Positions 50,659-60,151 of a stretch of 64,000 bases of DNA are shown here, piece after piece (position 1 is the stretch's first letter; each line of letters opens with the position of its first letter). The stretch is from Terriglobia bacterium (GTDB taxonomy: Bacteria > Acidobacteriota > Terriglobia > Acidiferrales > UBA7541), in contig OY968796.1 of NCBI GenBank assembly GCA_963695545.1, forward strand, positions 2,624,001-2,688,000, given 5' to 3'. The notes beneath the pieces were generated by a model. The model saw only the letters and a program-made list of their open reading frames with translations. It was not told the DNA's origin and ran no database searches. Both the position numbers and the translations under genes were made by a program.

Positions 50659-51459
50659 ATGGTGGATTTCGTCGCGCAAATCGGCGAGACGGTCACGGAT
50701 TCTCTCGCCTACGTGGGCGCGCTCACGGCTTTGGCGGGCCGCGCCGCGTATTACGCGTTTATCGGCCCTTTTCGGGGGAAGCCGCTGCGTTGGCAGGCGG
50801 CCGTTTCTCAGGCCACGGAGATTGGTGTTCGGGCGCTGCCCATACTCTCGCTGATCACGTTTTTCATCGGATTGATCTTGGCGCTACAAAGCGGATACGA
50901 GCTGCGCAAGTTGGGGGCCTTGAGTTATGTGCCGGGCGCCGTCGCCATTTCCGTGACGCGCGAGCTCGGCCCGCTGATCACGGCCATTCTTGTGATCGGC
51001 CGATCCGGTTCGGCGTTCGCCGCGGAGCTTGGGACCATGCGAATCACCGAAGAGATCGACGCGCTCGAGACCATGGCCATCGAACCGGTGGACTTCCTGG
51101 TGACGCCGAAATTCATGGCCATGATCGTGATGATGCCGTGCTTGACCATGTGGTCGAACGCCATGGGCATTCTGGGTGGTTCACTGTTCGGCGTGACGCT
51201 CGGCGAATTCACCTGGGACCGATATATGCGCGCGTCGGTCGAGGCTCTCTATCTGCCCGACATCTCGCTTGGCCTGCTCAAGAGCGTCATGTTTGGGATC
51301 GCGATTACCGCGGTGGGTTGTTACGAGGGGCTTTCCACCACCGGAGGCGCCGAGCAGATTGGGCGATCGACAACCCAGGCGGTGGTGATTTCCATTTTCT
51401 CGGTGATCGCCGTGGACCTTGTTTTCACGGCCATTTTCTTTTTCGTATCCGGTCACTAG
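50659..51459 (+). CDS. mlaE: MCE/Mla ABC transporter permease
   Basis: RELGPLITAILVIGRSGSAFAAELGTMRITEEIDALETM; GGAEQIGRSTTQAVV. Confidence 0.92.
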   Translation: MVDFVAQIGETVTDSLAYVGALTALAGRAAYYAFIGPFRGKPLRWQAAVSQATEIGVRALPILSLITFFIGLILALQSGYELRKLGALSYVPGAVAISVTRELGPLITAILVIGRSGSAFAAELGTMRITEEIDALETMAIEPVDFLVTPKFMAMIVMMPCLTMWSNAMGILGGSLFGVTLGEFTWDRYMRASVEALYLPDISLGLLKSVMFGIAITAVGCYEGLSTTGGAEQIGRSTTQAVVISIFSVIAVDLVFTAIFFFVSGH

Positions 51460-51479
51460 ACGGCCGTCGGAGCTGAGAT

Positions 51480-52337
51480 ATGCCAGACGAGAAAACAGAT
51501 TCCGCGCAAGCAGGGCCGGTCATCTCCGTGAAGGATCTTCGCGTAAAGTACGGAGAGCAGGAGATTCTGCACGGCATCAACTTTGACGTCGCGCGCTCGG
51601 AAACGCTGGTGATTCTGGGCGGCTCGGGCTCGGGGAAGAGCACGCTGCTGCGCGCGCTCGTGGGTCTCGAAAAACCCAGCGCGGGGCAGATTTGGATGAA
51701 GGGCCAGGACATCGCTGCAATTTCGCACGCGGAGCTAGACGAAATCCGCAAAAAAATCGGCATGTCGTTTCAGGGCGGCGCGCTGTTTGGATCGATGACC
51801 GTCGGAGAAAACGTGGCGCTCCCGCTGCGCGAACACACCACGCTCGAAGATTCGACCATCGAAATCATCGTTCGGCTGAAACTCGATCAGGTGGGCCTGG
51901 CGGGATTTGAGGACTATATGCCCGCGGAGCTGAGCGGCGGAATGCAAAAACGCGCGGCGGTGGCGCGCGCGTTGTCGATGGATTCGGAGATATTGTTCTT
52001 CGATGAGCCGTCGGCGGGGCTGGACCCGATCATCGCCGCCGGCATCGATCATCTGATTCTCCAGCTCAAGAAGGCGTTTCACATGACCATGATCGTCGTG
52101 ACGCACGAGCTGGCGAGCGCGTTCCTGATCGCCGACCGCATGATGCTGATCGACAAAGGGAACATCGAGGCCTACGGCACGCCCGAGGAGATGCGCACCA
52201 GCACGCAGCCGCGCGTGCGGCAATTTCTGGATCGCGTGGCTGAACCGGAAGTTTCGCAAGAGATGGATTATCTTCAGATGTTGACCGAAAGTCACCGCGA
52301 CGCGGGTCGCATGGCGGGATGGAGGCGGGGGACATGA
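51480..52337 (+). CDS. mlaF: MCE/Mla ABC transporter ATPase
   Basis: GGSGSGKS, FQGGALF, ELSGGMQKR, FFDEPSAGLDP and VTHE. Confidence 0.92.
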   Translation: MPDEKTDSAQAGPVISVKDLRVKYGEQEILHGINFDVARSETLVILGGSGSGKSTLLRALVGLEKPSAGQIWMKGQDIAAISHAELDEIRKKIGMSFQGGALFGSMTVGENVALPLREHTTLEDSTIEIIVRLKLDQVGLAGFEDYMPAELSGGMQKRAAVARALSMDSEILFFDEPSAGLDPIIAAGIDHLILQLKKAFHMTMIVVTHELASAFLIADRMMLIDKGNIEAYGTPEEMRTSTQPRVRQFLDRVAEPEVSQEMDYLQMLTESHRDAGRMAGWRRGT

Positions 52338-53305
52338 CGCAAGCGAAACGCGAGCAAGTGATGGTCGGGGCGTTTGTGATCGTCGCCGTGGTGTTGCTGG
52401 TGGGCACGGTATTCGCCGTGGGCGGAATTTCCGGCCGCCAGGTTAAGACGTACCGCACTTATTTCGCTTTTGCCGGCGGAATCGAGCCGGGGACTGCGGT
52501 GCGCTATTCGGGCGGCCCGAAAGTCGGCCGCGTGGAAAAAATGCGCATCGATCCGCAAGATCCGTCGCGCATTGAAATGACTTTCAGCGTTGACGCGGAC
52601 CTGCCGGTGAAGACGGACAGTCACATCAAAATCATGGCGCTGACGCCGCTCGGCGACAATCACGTCGAGGTTATGCCCGGCACGCCCGGGGCCGCCGAGG
52701 CGCCGGCGGGTTCGCTATTGCCGTCCGACGCGTACGTGGATATCAACTCCGTGCTGGCGCAGGTCCAAAACGTCGCGCCGCAGGCGCAGCAACTTATCGC
52801 GAACCTCAATGATCGTGTGGTCGAGCTTAAGGTTACCCTGAGCCGCGTCGACGACCTGCTGAACGATCAGAATCGAGGGAATCTCTCCGCGGTGATCGCC
52901 CAGTCGCGCGGAATCATCGAAGAGAATCGTCCCGCGCTGAAATCCACTCTCGCGCATCTGAACGACGTGAGCGCGCGATTGCAGCCTGTGCTGGACGACC
53001 TCCAGAAGACTTCGGCTCAGGCCAATTTGACGCTCGCGCACGTGGACGCCACGATCGGCGAAAATCGCCCGGATCTACATGCGGCGATTGTTGAGTTGCG
53101 CCAGTCGCTCGCGACCGTAACGAGTCTTACCGCTCAGCTGAACCAAACCGCCGATGTAAATTCCGACAACATCGATGAGCTGCTCGAAAATTTCCGCGAT
53201 GTCAGCGAGAACCTCAAGGAAATTACGGACACCATCAAAGCGCGGCCCTATCTGTTGATTCGCTCGAACCCTCCGCCTGAACACAAGCCAGGCGAACAAC
53301 GATGA
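52334..53305 (+). CDS. mlaD: MCE/MlaD-domain protein with long helical C-terminus
   Basis: N-terminal TM (VGAFVIVAV), AGGIEPGTAVRYSG..VGRV, LGDNHVEVMPG and a coiled-coil region; ATGA overlap with mlaF. Confidence 0.88.
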   Translation: MTQAKREQVMVGAFVIVAVVLLVGTVFAVGGISGRQVKTYRTYFAFAGGIEPGTAVRYSGGPKVGRVEKMRIDPQDPSRIEMTFSVDADLPVKTDSHIKIMALTPLGDNHVEVMPGTPGAAEAPAGSLLPSDAYVDINSVLAQVQNVAPQAQQLIANLNDRVVELKVTLSRVDDLLNDQNRGNLSAVIAQSRGIIEENRPALKSTLAHLNDVSARLQPVLDDLQKTSAQANLTLAHVDATIGENRPDLHAAIVELRQSLATVTSLTAQLNQTADVNSDNIDELLENFRDVSENLKEITDTIKARPYLLIRSNPPPEHKPGEQR

Positions 53306-53346
53306 ACCCGAACGGGCAGTCGAAACTGCGTGAGGGAGGTTTCGCA

Positions 53347-53958
53347 ATGAGAACCAGAGCGACGGTGATTGTGCTCGCCATAATCGTGGGAGGCATCTGC
53401 GGCTGCGGCTCTATACCGCAGACCAAGTACTACCAGCTTAATCCTCCGAGCGAACCTAATTCAGCTGCCGTCGCGAATCCATTTCCGGTCACGTTGCTGG
53501 TGGGTCCGCTCAAAGCTTCGCATCTTTATCGCGAAGACCGGCTCGTTTACGCAACCGACAGCGAGGAAATGGGCACTTACGACGTTCACCGCTGGGCGGA
53601 GCCTCCCACCGAAATGATTCAGGAGCTGCTGTGGCGTTCTCTGAGGGCCTCGCACCAGTATCGCGGTGTCTCCATGTTGTCCAGCAGTTCCCACGGAGAT
53701 TTCTTGCTGGACGGGAATCTATATGACTTCAAGGAAATTTCCGGCAGCACGCTCACCGCTCGCGTGAGTTTGGAATTGCAACTCCGCGACATGAAAACAG
53801 GCGCCATCGTGTGGACCCACGCTTACGCTCATGATGAACCAGTCAGCGGCAAGACCGTGTCCGACGTGGTTGCTGCGCTCGATCAAAATACGCACGACTT
53901 CGTGAGCGATGCCGAAGCCAGCTTGAGCGAATATTTTGCCGCGCATCCCACTCGGTAG
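53347..53958 (+). CDS. PqiC-like ABC transport auxiliary lipoprotein
   Basis: Lipobox-like ICGCG, YYQL, RLVY and HRWAEPP; directly follows the MCE gene (alternative start 53302). Confidence 0.8.
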   Translation: MRTRATVIVLAIIVGGICGCGSIPQTKYYQLNPPSEPNSAAVANPFPVTLLVGPLKASHLYREDRLVYATDSEEMGTYDVHRWAEPPTEMIQELLWRSLRASHQYRGVSMLSSSSHGDFLLDGNLYDFKEISGSTLTARVSLELQLRDMKTGAIVWTHAYAHDEPVSGKTVSDVVAALDQNTHDFVSDAEASLSEYFAAHPTR

Positions 53959-54036
53959 TGTTGGGGCGCGCATTCGATTGTTTCATGAAGCGCGGAATCT
54001 TCAAGATTTGCCGCGCGCTTCGCAAAGAGAGCTTCC

Positions 54037-55182
54037 GTGAGCGATATACAACCTGAATGGGTCGTGCATGTTCGCGACGTTCTGGAGCTGCTGAATCAGG
54101 GCGTGATCATTAGCGACGAATGCCCGCGCGTGGTCTACACAAATTCTCTTTTCCTGGAGATGGTTGGCCGCAGCGCCGACGAACTCGTCGGGCGGTACGT
54201 CAAAGATCTGTTCCCATCCGAAGACGTCCCGTGGCTGCTGCACCAAATCGAAGTCGGAAGAACTCAAGGTCAGAATCGATTTGAATTCTATTTGCCGCAT
54301 GCCTCCGGAGCCCGCCTGCCCGTGGTCATCGCCGCGCGGCAACTCGAGGATCCCGATGGGCGCATCTTTGCGATCGTGACCTTCACCGATATCACCGAGC
54401 AGAAGAGCGCGGAGATGGAACTGCGGCGGGCAAATACGTTGCTCGAATCGCGCGAACGCGCTCTGGACGAAGACCTGCTCCTCGCGGCGCGCGTTCAGCA
54501 AAGCCTCGCCCCCCAAAGTCTCGTTTGGACCACCGCGTCGGTAGAAACGTACTATCAGGCCGCGCGGACCATTGGCGGCGATTATGGCGTGGTCGCGCCC
54601 GGCGACGACTATCTCACGCTGATGGTTTGCGACGTTTCCGGGCACGGAATCGGATCGGCGCTTGTCGCCAACCGAATTTACACAGAGACCGTTTCGCTCA
54701 TCGAGGCCGGCGAGGCGCTCACGCCGATGTTGCAGCACCTCAACCGATTTGTTCTGCAGAACCTGGGAAGTTCCGTGATGTACTTCACGGTAGCCGCCGC
54801 GCGATTGCGCCGCGATGGATGTCAGCTCGAATTTTCCGCCGCCGGACATCCGCCCGCGATGATCTTTCGCCGGGGCCAAGCGCCGCGGTTTCTCGAGTCA
54901 ACCAGCACCATTCTCGGGTGCTTCCCCGACGCAGTTGGCCCAGACTCGGCCGTGAGGATTACTCTCGAAGCAGGCGACCGCCTCATGCTCTACACGGATG
55001 GCTTCACGGAGACCTTCAATTCCCGGCGCGAGATGCTGGGCGTCAATGGCCTCGCCGAAATCGCGCTTGAAGCGTCCACCTTGCCGCTTCCGGAGATGAA
55101 GCAGCAAATCCTCGATCGCGTCACTGCCTGGCGAAGCGGTCCCGCCGCCGACGACATGTCTCTTATTCTCGTCGAAGTCTGA
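54037..55182 (+). CDS. PAS + SpoIIE/PP2C phosphatase (RsbU/RsbP-like)
   Basis: PAS domain ending FTDITEQK; IGGDY, VCDVSGHG, AAGHPP, LYTDG and DDMSL. Confidence 0.92.
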   Translation: MSDIQPEWVVHVRDVLELLNQGVIISDECPRVVYTNSLFLEMVGRSADELVGRYVKDLFPSEDVPWLLHQIEVGRTQGQNRFEFYLPHASGARLPVVIAARQLEDPDGRIFAIVTFTDITEQKSAEMELRRANTLLESRERALDEDLLLAARVQQSLAPQSLVWTTASVETYYQAARTIGGDYGVVAPGDDYLTLMVCDVSGHGIGSALVANRIYTETVSLIEAGEALTPMLQHLNRFVLQNLGSSVMYFTVAAARLRRDGCQLEFSAAGHPPAMIFRRGQAPRFLESTSTILGCFPDAVGPDSAVRITLEAGDRLMLYTDGFTETFNSRREMLGVNGLAEIALEASTLPLPEMKQQILDRVTAWRSGPAADDMSLILVEV

Positions 55183-55335
55183 TCGCAGAAGGGTCCGCGT
55201 CGACTATTTCCCCCATCGGCGCGCGTCTTGAAACTTTCGGTGACCGCGCGACGACTCCGCCTTCGATTGACATTCGCATATCGCAAGCATAGGCTCCCGC
55301 TCAGCATCTGACTTCTTTTCCGTGGAGGAACCTCG

Positions 55336-55893
55336 ATGAATACGTCCACGATAGCAAGCGACGCAAGGCAGGTCACAGGCTGGTCGATTGCGGTTAGTCT
55401 TCTGCTGATTCTCGCGGGAATTTTGGCCATTGGACTTCCGATAGCGGCGGGATTCGCTGTCAGCATCGTGGTGGGCTGGCTCTTGGTGTTTTGCGGGGTG
55501 ATTCATCTGGTCTTTGCCTGGCACATTCGCTCAGTTGGCGGTGTCATTTGGCAGGTCTTGCTAGGCGCGCTCTATATCGGCATCGGCGTCTTCATACTGA
55601 TTCACCCGCTCGCCGCTTTGGTTACGCTGACGCTGGCCCTTGCCATCTACTTGTTCGCCGAAGGCCTGCTCGAGCTGATCCTGGCGTTTCAGGTTCGCCC
55701 ACAGCAGGGCTGGGGATGGCTGCTGTTCGACGGCGTCGTCACGCTGTTTCTCGCCGTTCTTATTTGGAGGGGCTGGCCCAGAAGTACGGACTGGGTGATC
55801 GGAATGCTCGTGGGAATCAGCATGATTTTCAGCGGAGTCACGCGTCTGATGCTTTCGCTCGCTGCGCGTAGCCTTGTGCCACGGTCAGTCTGA
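55336..55893 (+). CDS. HdeD/DUF308-family membrane protein
   Basis: Multi-TM protein; GWGWLLFDG and WP..TDWVIGMLVGI; GGAGG RBS. Confidence 0.85.
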   Translation: MNTSTIASDARQVTGWSIAVSLLLILAGILAIGLPIAAGFAVSIVVGWLLVFCGVIHLVFAWHIRSVGGVIWQVLLGALYIGIGVFILIHPLAALVTLTLALAIYLFAEGLLELILAFQVRPQQGWGWLLFDGVVTLFLAVLIWRGWPRSTDWVIGMLVGISMIFSGVTRLMLSLAARSLVPRSV

Positions 55894-56139
55894 GATTTCC
55901 GCCGAGGAACCTCGATCAACGCAGTTCAGAAGTTCCCTGGCACGCTCGGCGGTTAAGTCGCGGAAGCCGCGGCGTCGCCTTCCTTGGCGCCGCGACATTT
56001 GTTCTCGAGTCGCGGCGCTCTCTGAACCTCCGGGTCGGCTTCGCGCGAAGTTGTATCCGTGTAAAATCTCGAACGAAACCGTCGTTAATCTCAGTTAAAA
56101 TATCTGGTATAGTCCGGTTTACTGCCTTGGATTGCGTCT

Positions 56140-57594
56140 GTGCGCCCCGTGCACGCCGTCGATAGTGTCGGGGAATCGAACGACACCGAGAGGGAATCGC
56201 AGTTGGCCGAAGGACCACTTTCCAGAGTGCCCGCCTCAGGGGCCACCCAAGCGGATCTGGTCATCACTCACGAGGACGTTGATCGTGCGCATGACCGCGT
56301 GCGTGTTTCCGCGGCGCGCGCCCAGCGCGGTGTCTTCCCCAGGTTCCGTCTGCTGTGGTTGCTCGTTGGCCCCGGAATTCTGGTCATGCTGGGAGAGAAC
56401 GACGGCCCCAGCATGCTTTCCTACGCCGCGACGGGCGCAAAATTTGGAATCGGTTTCTTCATTCCCTTTGTGGTGCTCACGTTCTGCATGGCGGTCGTCG
56501 TGCAGGAAATGACCATGCGCCTGGGTTCCGCAACTCATCGCGGCCATGCGGAATTAATTTTTGACCGCTTCGGGCCGTTCTGGGGCTGGTTCTCGATGCT
56601 CGACCTCGGCGTCGGCAATTTCCTGACGCTCATCACCGAATTCATCGCCATCCGCGCCGGCCTGGGATTTTTTGGCGTGCCCGCGTGGGCCGCTGTTCTC
56701 AGCGCGTTCGTGTTCTTGTGTCTGGCGGTGATCACTCACCGTTATTGGACCTGGGAACGAACTCTGCTCGCCATCGCCGTATTCAATCTCGTTTTCGTTC
56801 CAGTCGCACTGCTCACGCACCCGAATTGGCACTCGGTCGGCCACGCCCTCATCACCTGGAAGCCGTTCCCCGGCGGATTGAGCCAGGACACTCTGATCAT
56901 CATGCTCGCGGACATCGGCGCGACCGTGACCCCGTGGATGCTTTTCTTTCAGCAGAGTGCAACAGTTGACAAAGGGCTCACGCGGAAAGATATCAATCTC
57001 GGCCGCATCGATACGATCGTCGGCGCCGCTCTGGCCGCGATCGCCGCGGTCGCCACGATTCTGGCGACGGCCCCGTTGTTCGCTCACCACATGAATGCCG
57101 ATAGCTTTCAGGCCGCCGAATTCGCGCAGGCACTAAGGCCATTAATCGGCCGATTCGGCGCGGCACTGTTCGCGCTCGGCATCGTCGAAGCCGGCATGGT
57201 CGCCTCGGTCACTATTTCTACTTCCTCCGCCTATGCGTTTGGAGAAGTGGCGCGCAGACCGCACAGCCTCAATCTGCCCATGGCCGAGGGAAAGCCTTTC
57301 TACTCCGTGTTATTTCTCTGTGCCGCAATCGCCGGTGGAATTGTCTTGATCCCCGGGCTTCCGCTCGTGTCCGTCGTCCTACTCGTCAACGTGGTCGCAG
57401 TGCTGGCCATGCCGCCCGCGCTGGTATTTCTGTTCATGCTCGCGAACGACCGCGAAATCATGGGCGATCTCGTGAGCCCCACTTGGGCGAACGCGCTGGC
57501 CACCGGCGTAGTCGTTTTTCTAACTCTCGCCGGTATACTCTTCGGCATCAGCGTGATTGCACCGAATTTCTTCGCGTTTCTAGGCGCAAGGTAG
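56140..57594 (+). CDS. NRAMP-family-like divalent metal transporter
   Basis: GPGILVMLGENDGPS, QEMTMRLG, IGATVTPWMLFFQQS and LANDREIMG; many TM helices. Confidence 0.85.
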   Translation: MRPVHAVDSVGESNDTERESQLAEGPLSRVPASGATQADLVITHEDVDRAHDRVRVSAARAQRGVFPRFRLLWLLVGPGILVMLGENDGPSMLSYAATGAKFGIGFFIPFVVLTFCMAVVVQEMTMRLGSATHRGHAELIFDRFGPFWGWFSMLDLGVGNFLTLITEFIAIRAGLGFFGVPAWAAVLSAFVFLCLAVITHRYWTWERTLLAIAVFNLVFVPVALLTHPNWHSVGHALITWKPFPGGLSQDTLIIMLADIGATVTPWMLFFQQSATVDKGLTRKDINLGRIDTIVGAALAAIAAVATILATAPLFAHHMNADSFQAAEFAQALRPLIGRFGAALFALGIVEAGMVASVTISTSSAYAFGEVARRPHSLNLPMAEGKPFYSVLFLCAAIAGGIVLIPGLPLVSVVLLVNVVAVLAMPPALVFLFMLANDREIMGDLVSPTWANALATGVVVFLTLAGILFGISVIAPNFFAFLGAR

Positions 57595-57606
57595 GAGCAT
57601 CGCAGA

Positions 57607-57825
57607 ATGACCTCAACGGACAAACCCCGCGCCTCGATCACTTCTTCCGACCAAGCGCTGGTTCTCTCGTCGCTTGAGCGCGATCAACTTGCCGGCCTGA
57701 GAAAGCGCGTCATTCCCAGACGCCACCTTAAGGGGTTTGAAAAATTCATCATCTGGTCTCTCCGAATCTATCTCCTCTTCATGATGGCCGTGGTTATCTA
57801 CCAAGTGTGGATTGGAACGCGTTAA
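57607..57825 (+). CDS. Small membrane protein co-located with the NRAMP-like transporter
   Basis: AGGAG RBS, 12 bp after the transporter stop; C-terminal TM segment LRIYLLFMMAVVIY. Confidence 0.7.
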   Translation: MTSTDKPRASITSSDQALVLSSLERDQLAGLRKRVIPRRHLKGFEKFIIWSLRIYLLFMMAVVIYQVWIGTR

Positions 57826-58350
57826 TCCCGAGAATTTGCGGGCGCTCGGCCGTGCTCCCCACGCTGTCCGTAACGCGACAGTTTCCTTCCTGATGCGGTG
57901 CAATAGTTCAGCTGCGAGATCGCCTCGACATCTGTGCGTGATCGCCGGTACCTGAAGAGAATGTGATAGGCCGCGAGCGACGAGGAAATCGTCGAAACGA
58001 CCCGTCAGAATTCCTCTAAATTCATGAGAATGAAACATTGGGGCCGCAACCGTTTGACTTTCATTTGAGTCAAATGGGAGGGCAACGCTGCGGCGCCTTG
58101 CTCGTTCGGACGGCCTCGCAGAAAAGGCACGCCTCCGGGATTCGCGGCTTGCGCCGCGCCGAGCGTCACGCGCGCCGTTGGGCTAAAATCAGGACGCTAG
58201 ACAGCGTGGAGGCAAGATCGTGAACGACAATCCATTGACACAATTGGGTTCGCTCGGGCAAACCATGCAGCTCGATTACATCCGGCGCGATCTGATCTCC
58301 CGCGCCGGATTCCGCCGTGTGATCCGGTCAGCGGCGTCCTTGAGGGCCTC

Positions 58351-60078
58351 GTGAAAATCAGCCCTCTCGCCGGCAAGCCCGCGCCAGAATCGATTCTGGT
58401 GAATGTTCCCAAACTCGTCACGGCCTATTACACCGAGATCCCCGATCCGTCCGTGCCCGCCCAGCGGGTTGCCTTCGGCACATCCGGGCATCGAGGCTCC
58501 GCTTTCGATAAATCTTTCAACGAGTGGCACATCCTCGCCATCAGCCAGGCCATTTGTCTCTATCGAAAAAAGCAAAATATTGACGGTCCACTCTTCCTTG
58601 GCATGGACACACACGCGCTCTCGGTGCCCGCGCTTGCGAGCGCGCTTGAAGTCTTGGCGGCCAACGGCGTGGAAGTGATGATCGCGGTGGGCGACGAATA
58701 CACACCCACGCCAGCGATTTCCCACGCGATCCTGACGTACAACCACGGCCGCAAAGCCGGACTCGCCGACGGCATCGTCATCACTCCGTCGCACAATCCG
58801 CCCGAAGATGGCGGCTTCAAGTACAACCCACCCAACGGCGGACCGGCAGAAGAGACCATCACGAATTGGATCGAAGCGAAAGCCAACGAATTCCTCGAAG
58901 CTGGACTCCAAGGCGTCAAGCGCATTCCTTACGAGAAGGCTCTTAGCGCCTCCACCACGCATCGCCACGACTATCTCAACACCTACATTGACGATCTCGC
59001 CTCAGTGCTGGATTTCGACGCGATTCGCGCATCAAAGCTGCACCTGGGCGTCGATCCGCTCGGCGGCGCCGGTGTCCATTACTGGCCGCGAATCGCCGAA
59101 CGCTATCGCTTGGATCTCACGGTAGTCAGCGAAACTGTCGACCCCACGTTCCGCTTCATGACCGTCGACTGGGATGGCCGCATACGCATGGACCCTTCCT
59201 CGGTCTATGCCATGCAACGCTTGATCGGAATGAAGGACCGCTTCGATCTCTCTTTCGCCTGCGACACCGATCACGATCGCCATGGCATCGTCGCCAAGAG
59301 CGTTGGATTGATGCCGCCCAATCATTATCTGTCTGTTGCTATCTTTTACCTTTTCCAGCATCGCCCGGAGTGGCGCAAGGAAGCCGCCGTCGGCAAGACC
59401 GTCGTGAGCAGCGCGATGATCGATCGCGTCACCGCGAAACTTGGCCGCAAGCTCTACGAAGTTCCGGTCGGCTTCAAATGGTTTGTCGATGGCTTGCTTG
59501 ATGGCTCGCTCGGCTTTGGCGGTGAAGAAAGCGCCGGCGCCTCGTTCTCGCGCCTCGACGGCACGGTTTGGACCACGGACAAAGACGGCATCGTCCCGGC
59601 TCTCCTCTCGGCGGAAATCACGGCTCGCATGGGCCGCGATCCCGGCGAAATCTACCAGGATCTCACGCGCGAGTTTGGCGACCCTGCTTACGATCGCGTC
59701 GATGCGCCCGCCACTCCCGAACAAAAGGAACTTCTGGCGAAACTCTCGCCCCAGCAAGTGAAGATCACGGATCTCGCGGGCGAAAAAATCCAGACGATCC
59801 TTACGAATGCGCCCGGCAATGGCGCGCCCATTGGCGGATTGAAGGCCATCGCCGCAAGCGGCTGGTTCGCCGCGCGCCCGTCAGGCACCGAAAATATCTA
59901 CAAGGTCTACGCCGAGAGTTTTCAAGGCGCCGACCACCTGCGCCGCATCCTTGACGAAGCCCAGAAGATCGTCAACGATGCTTTGGCCGCCGTGCCCGCG
60001 CCGAAGCAAGGCTCAGAGCAGGGCAAAGATGGCGCGCCTCCGGCAGTTCGTCAGCAGGCTGCGGGCGAAACGAAATAA
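58351..60078 (+). CDS. pgm: Phosphoglucomutase
   Basis: FGTSGHRG, ITPSHNP, CDTDHDR, GFGGEES and RPSGTE. Confidence 0.96.
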   Translation: MKISPLAGKPAPESILVNVPKLVTAYYTEIPDPSVPAQRVAFGTSGHRGSAFDKSFNEWHILAISQAICLYRKKQNIDGPLFLGMDTHALSVPALASALEVLAANGVEVMIAVGDEYTPTPAISHAILTYNHGRKAGLADGIVITPSHNPPEDGGFKYNPPNGGPAEETITNWIEAKANEFLEAGLQGVKRIPYEKALSASTTHRHDYLNTYIDDLASVLDFDAIRASKLHLGVDPLGGAGVHYWPRIAERYRLDLTVVSETVDPTFRFMTVDWDGRIRMDPSSVYAMQRLIGMKDRFDLSFACDTDHDRHGIVAKSVGLMPPNHYLSVAIFYLFQHRPEWRKEAAVGKTVVSSAMIDRVTAKLGRKLYEVPVGFKWFVDGLLDGSLGFGGEESAGASFSRLDGTVWTTDKDGIVPALLSAEITARMGRDPGEIYQDLTREFGDPAYDRVDAPATPEQKELLAKLSPQQVKITDLAGEKIQTILTNAPGNGAPIGGLKAIAASGWFAARPSGTENIYKVYAESFQGADHLRRILDEAQKIVNDALAAVPAPKQGSEQGKDGAPPAVRQQAAGETK

Positions 60079-60151
60079 GATTCGCGTCACGAAGAATGCA
60101 TCAGCAGATGCGCTTGAACACTCGGTCCTGAACGAACCCGGAGCAGAAGCC

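Noticed and set aside
55900..56140. M-box or yybP-ykoY riboswitch upstream of the NRAMP-like transporter
   Set aside because: No recognisable conserved riboswitch core by eye; an Infernal search would settle it.
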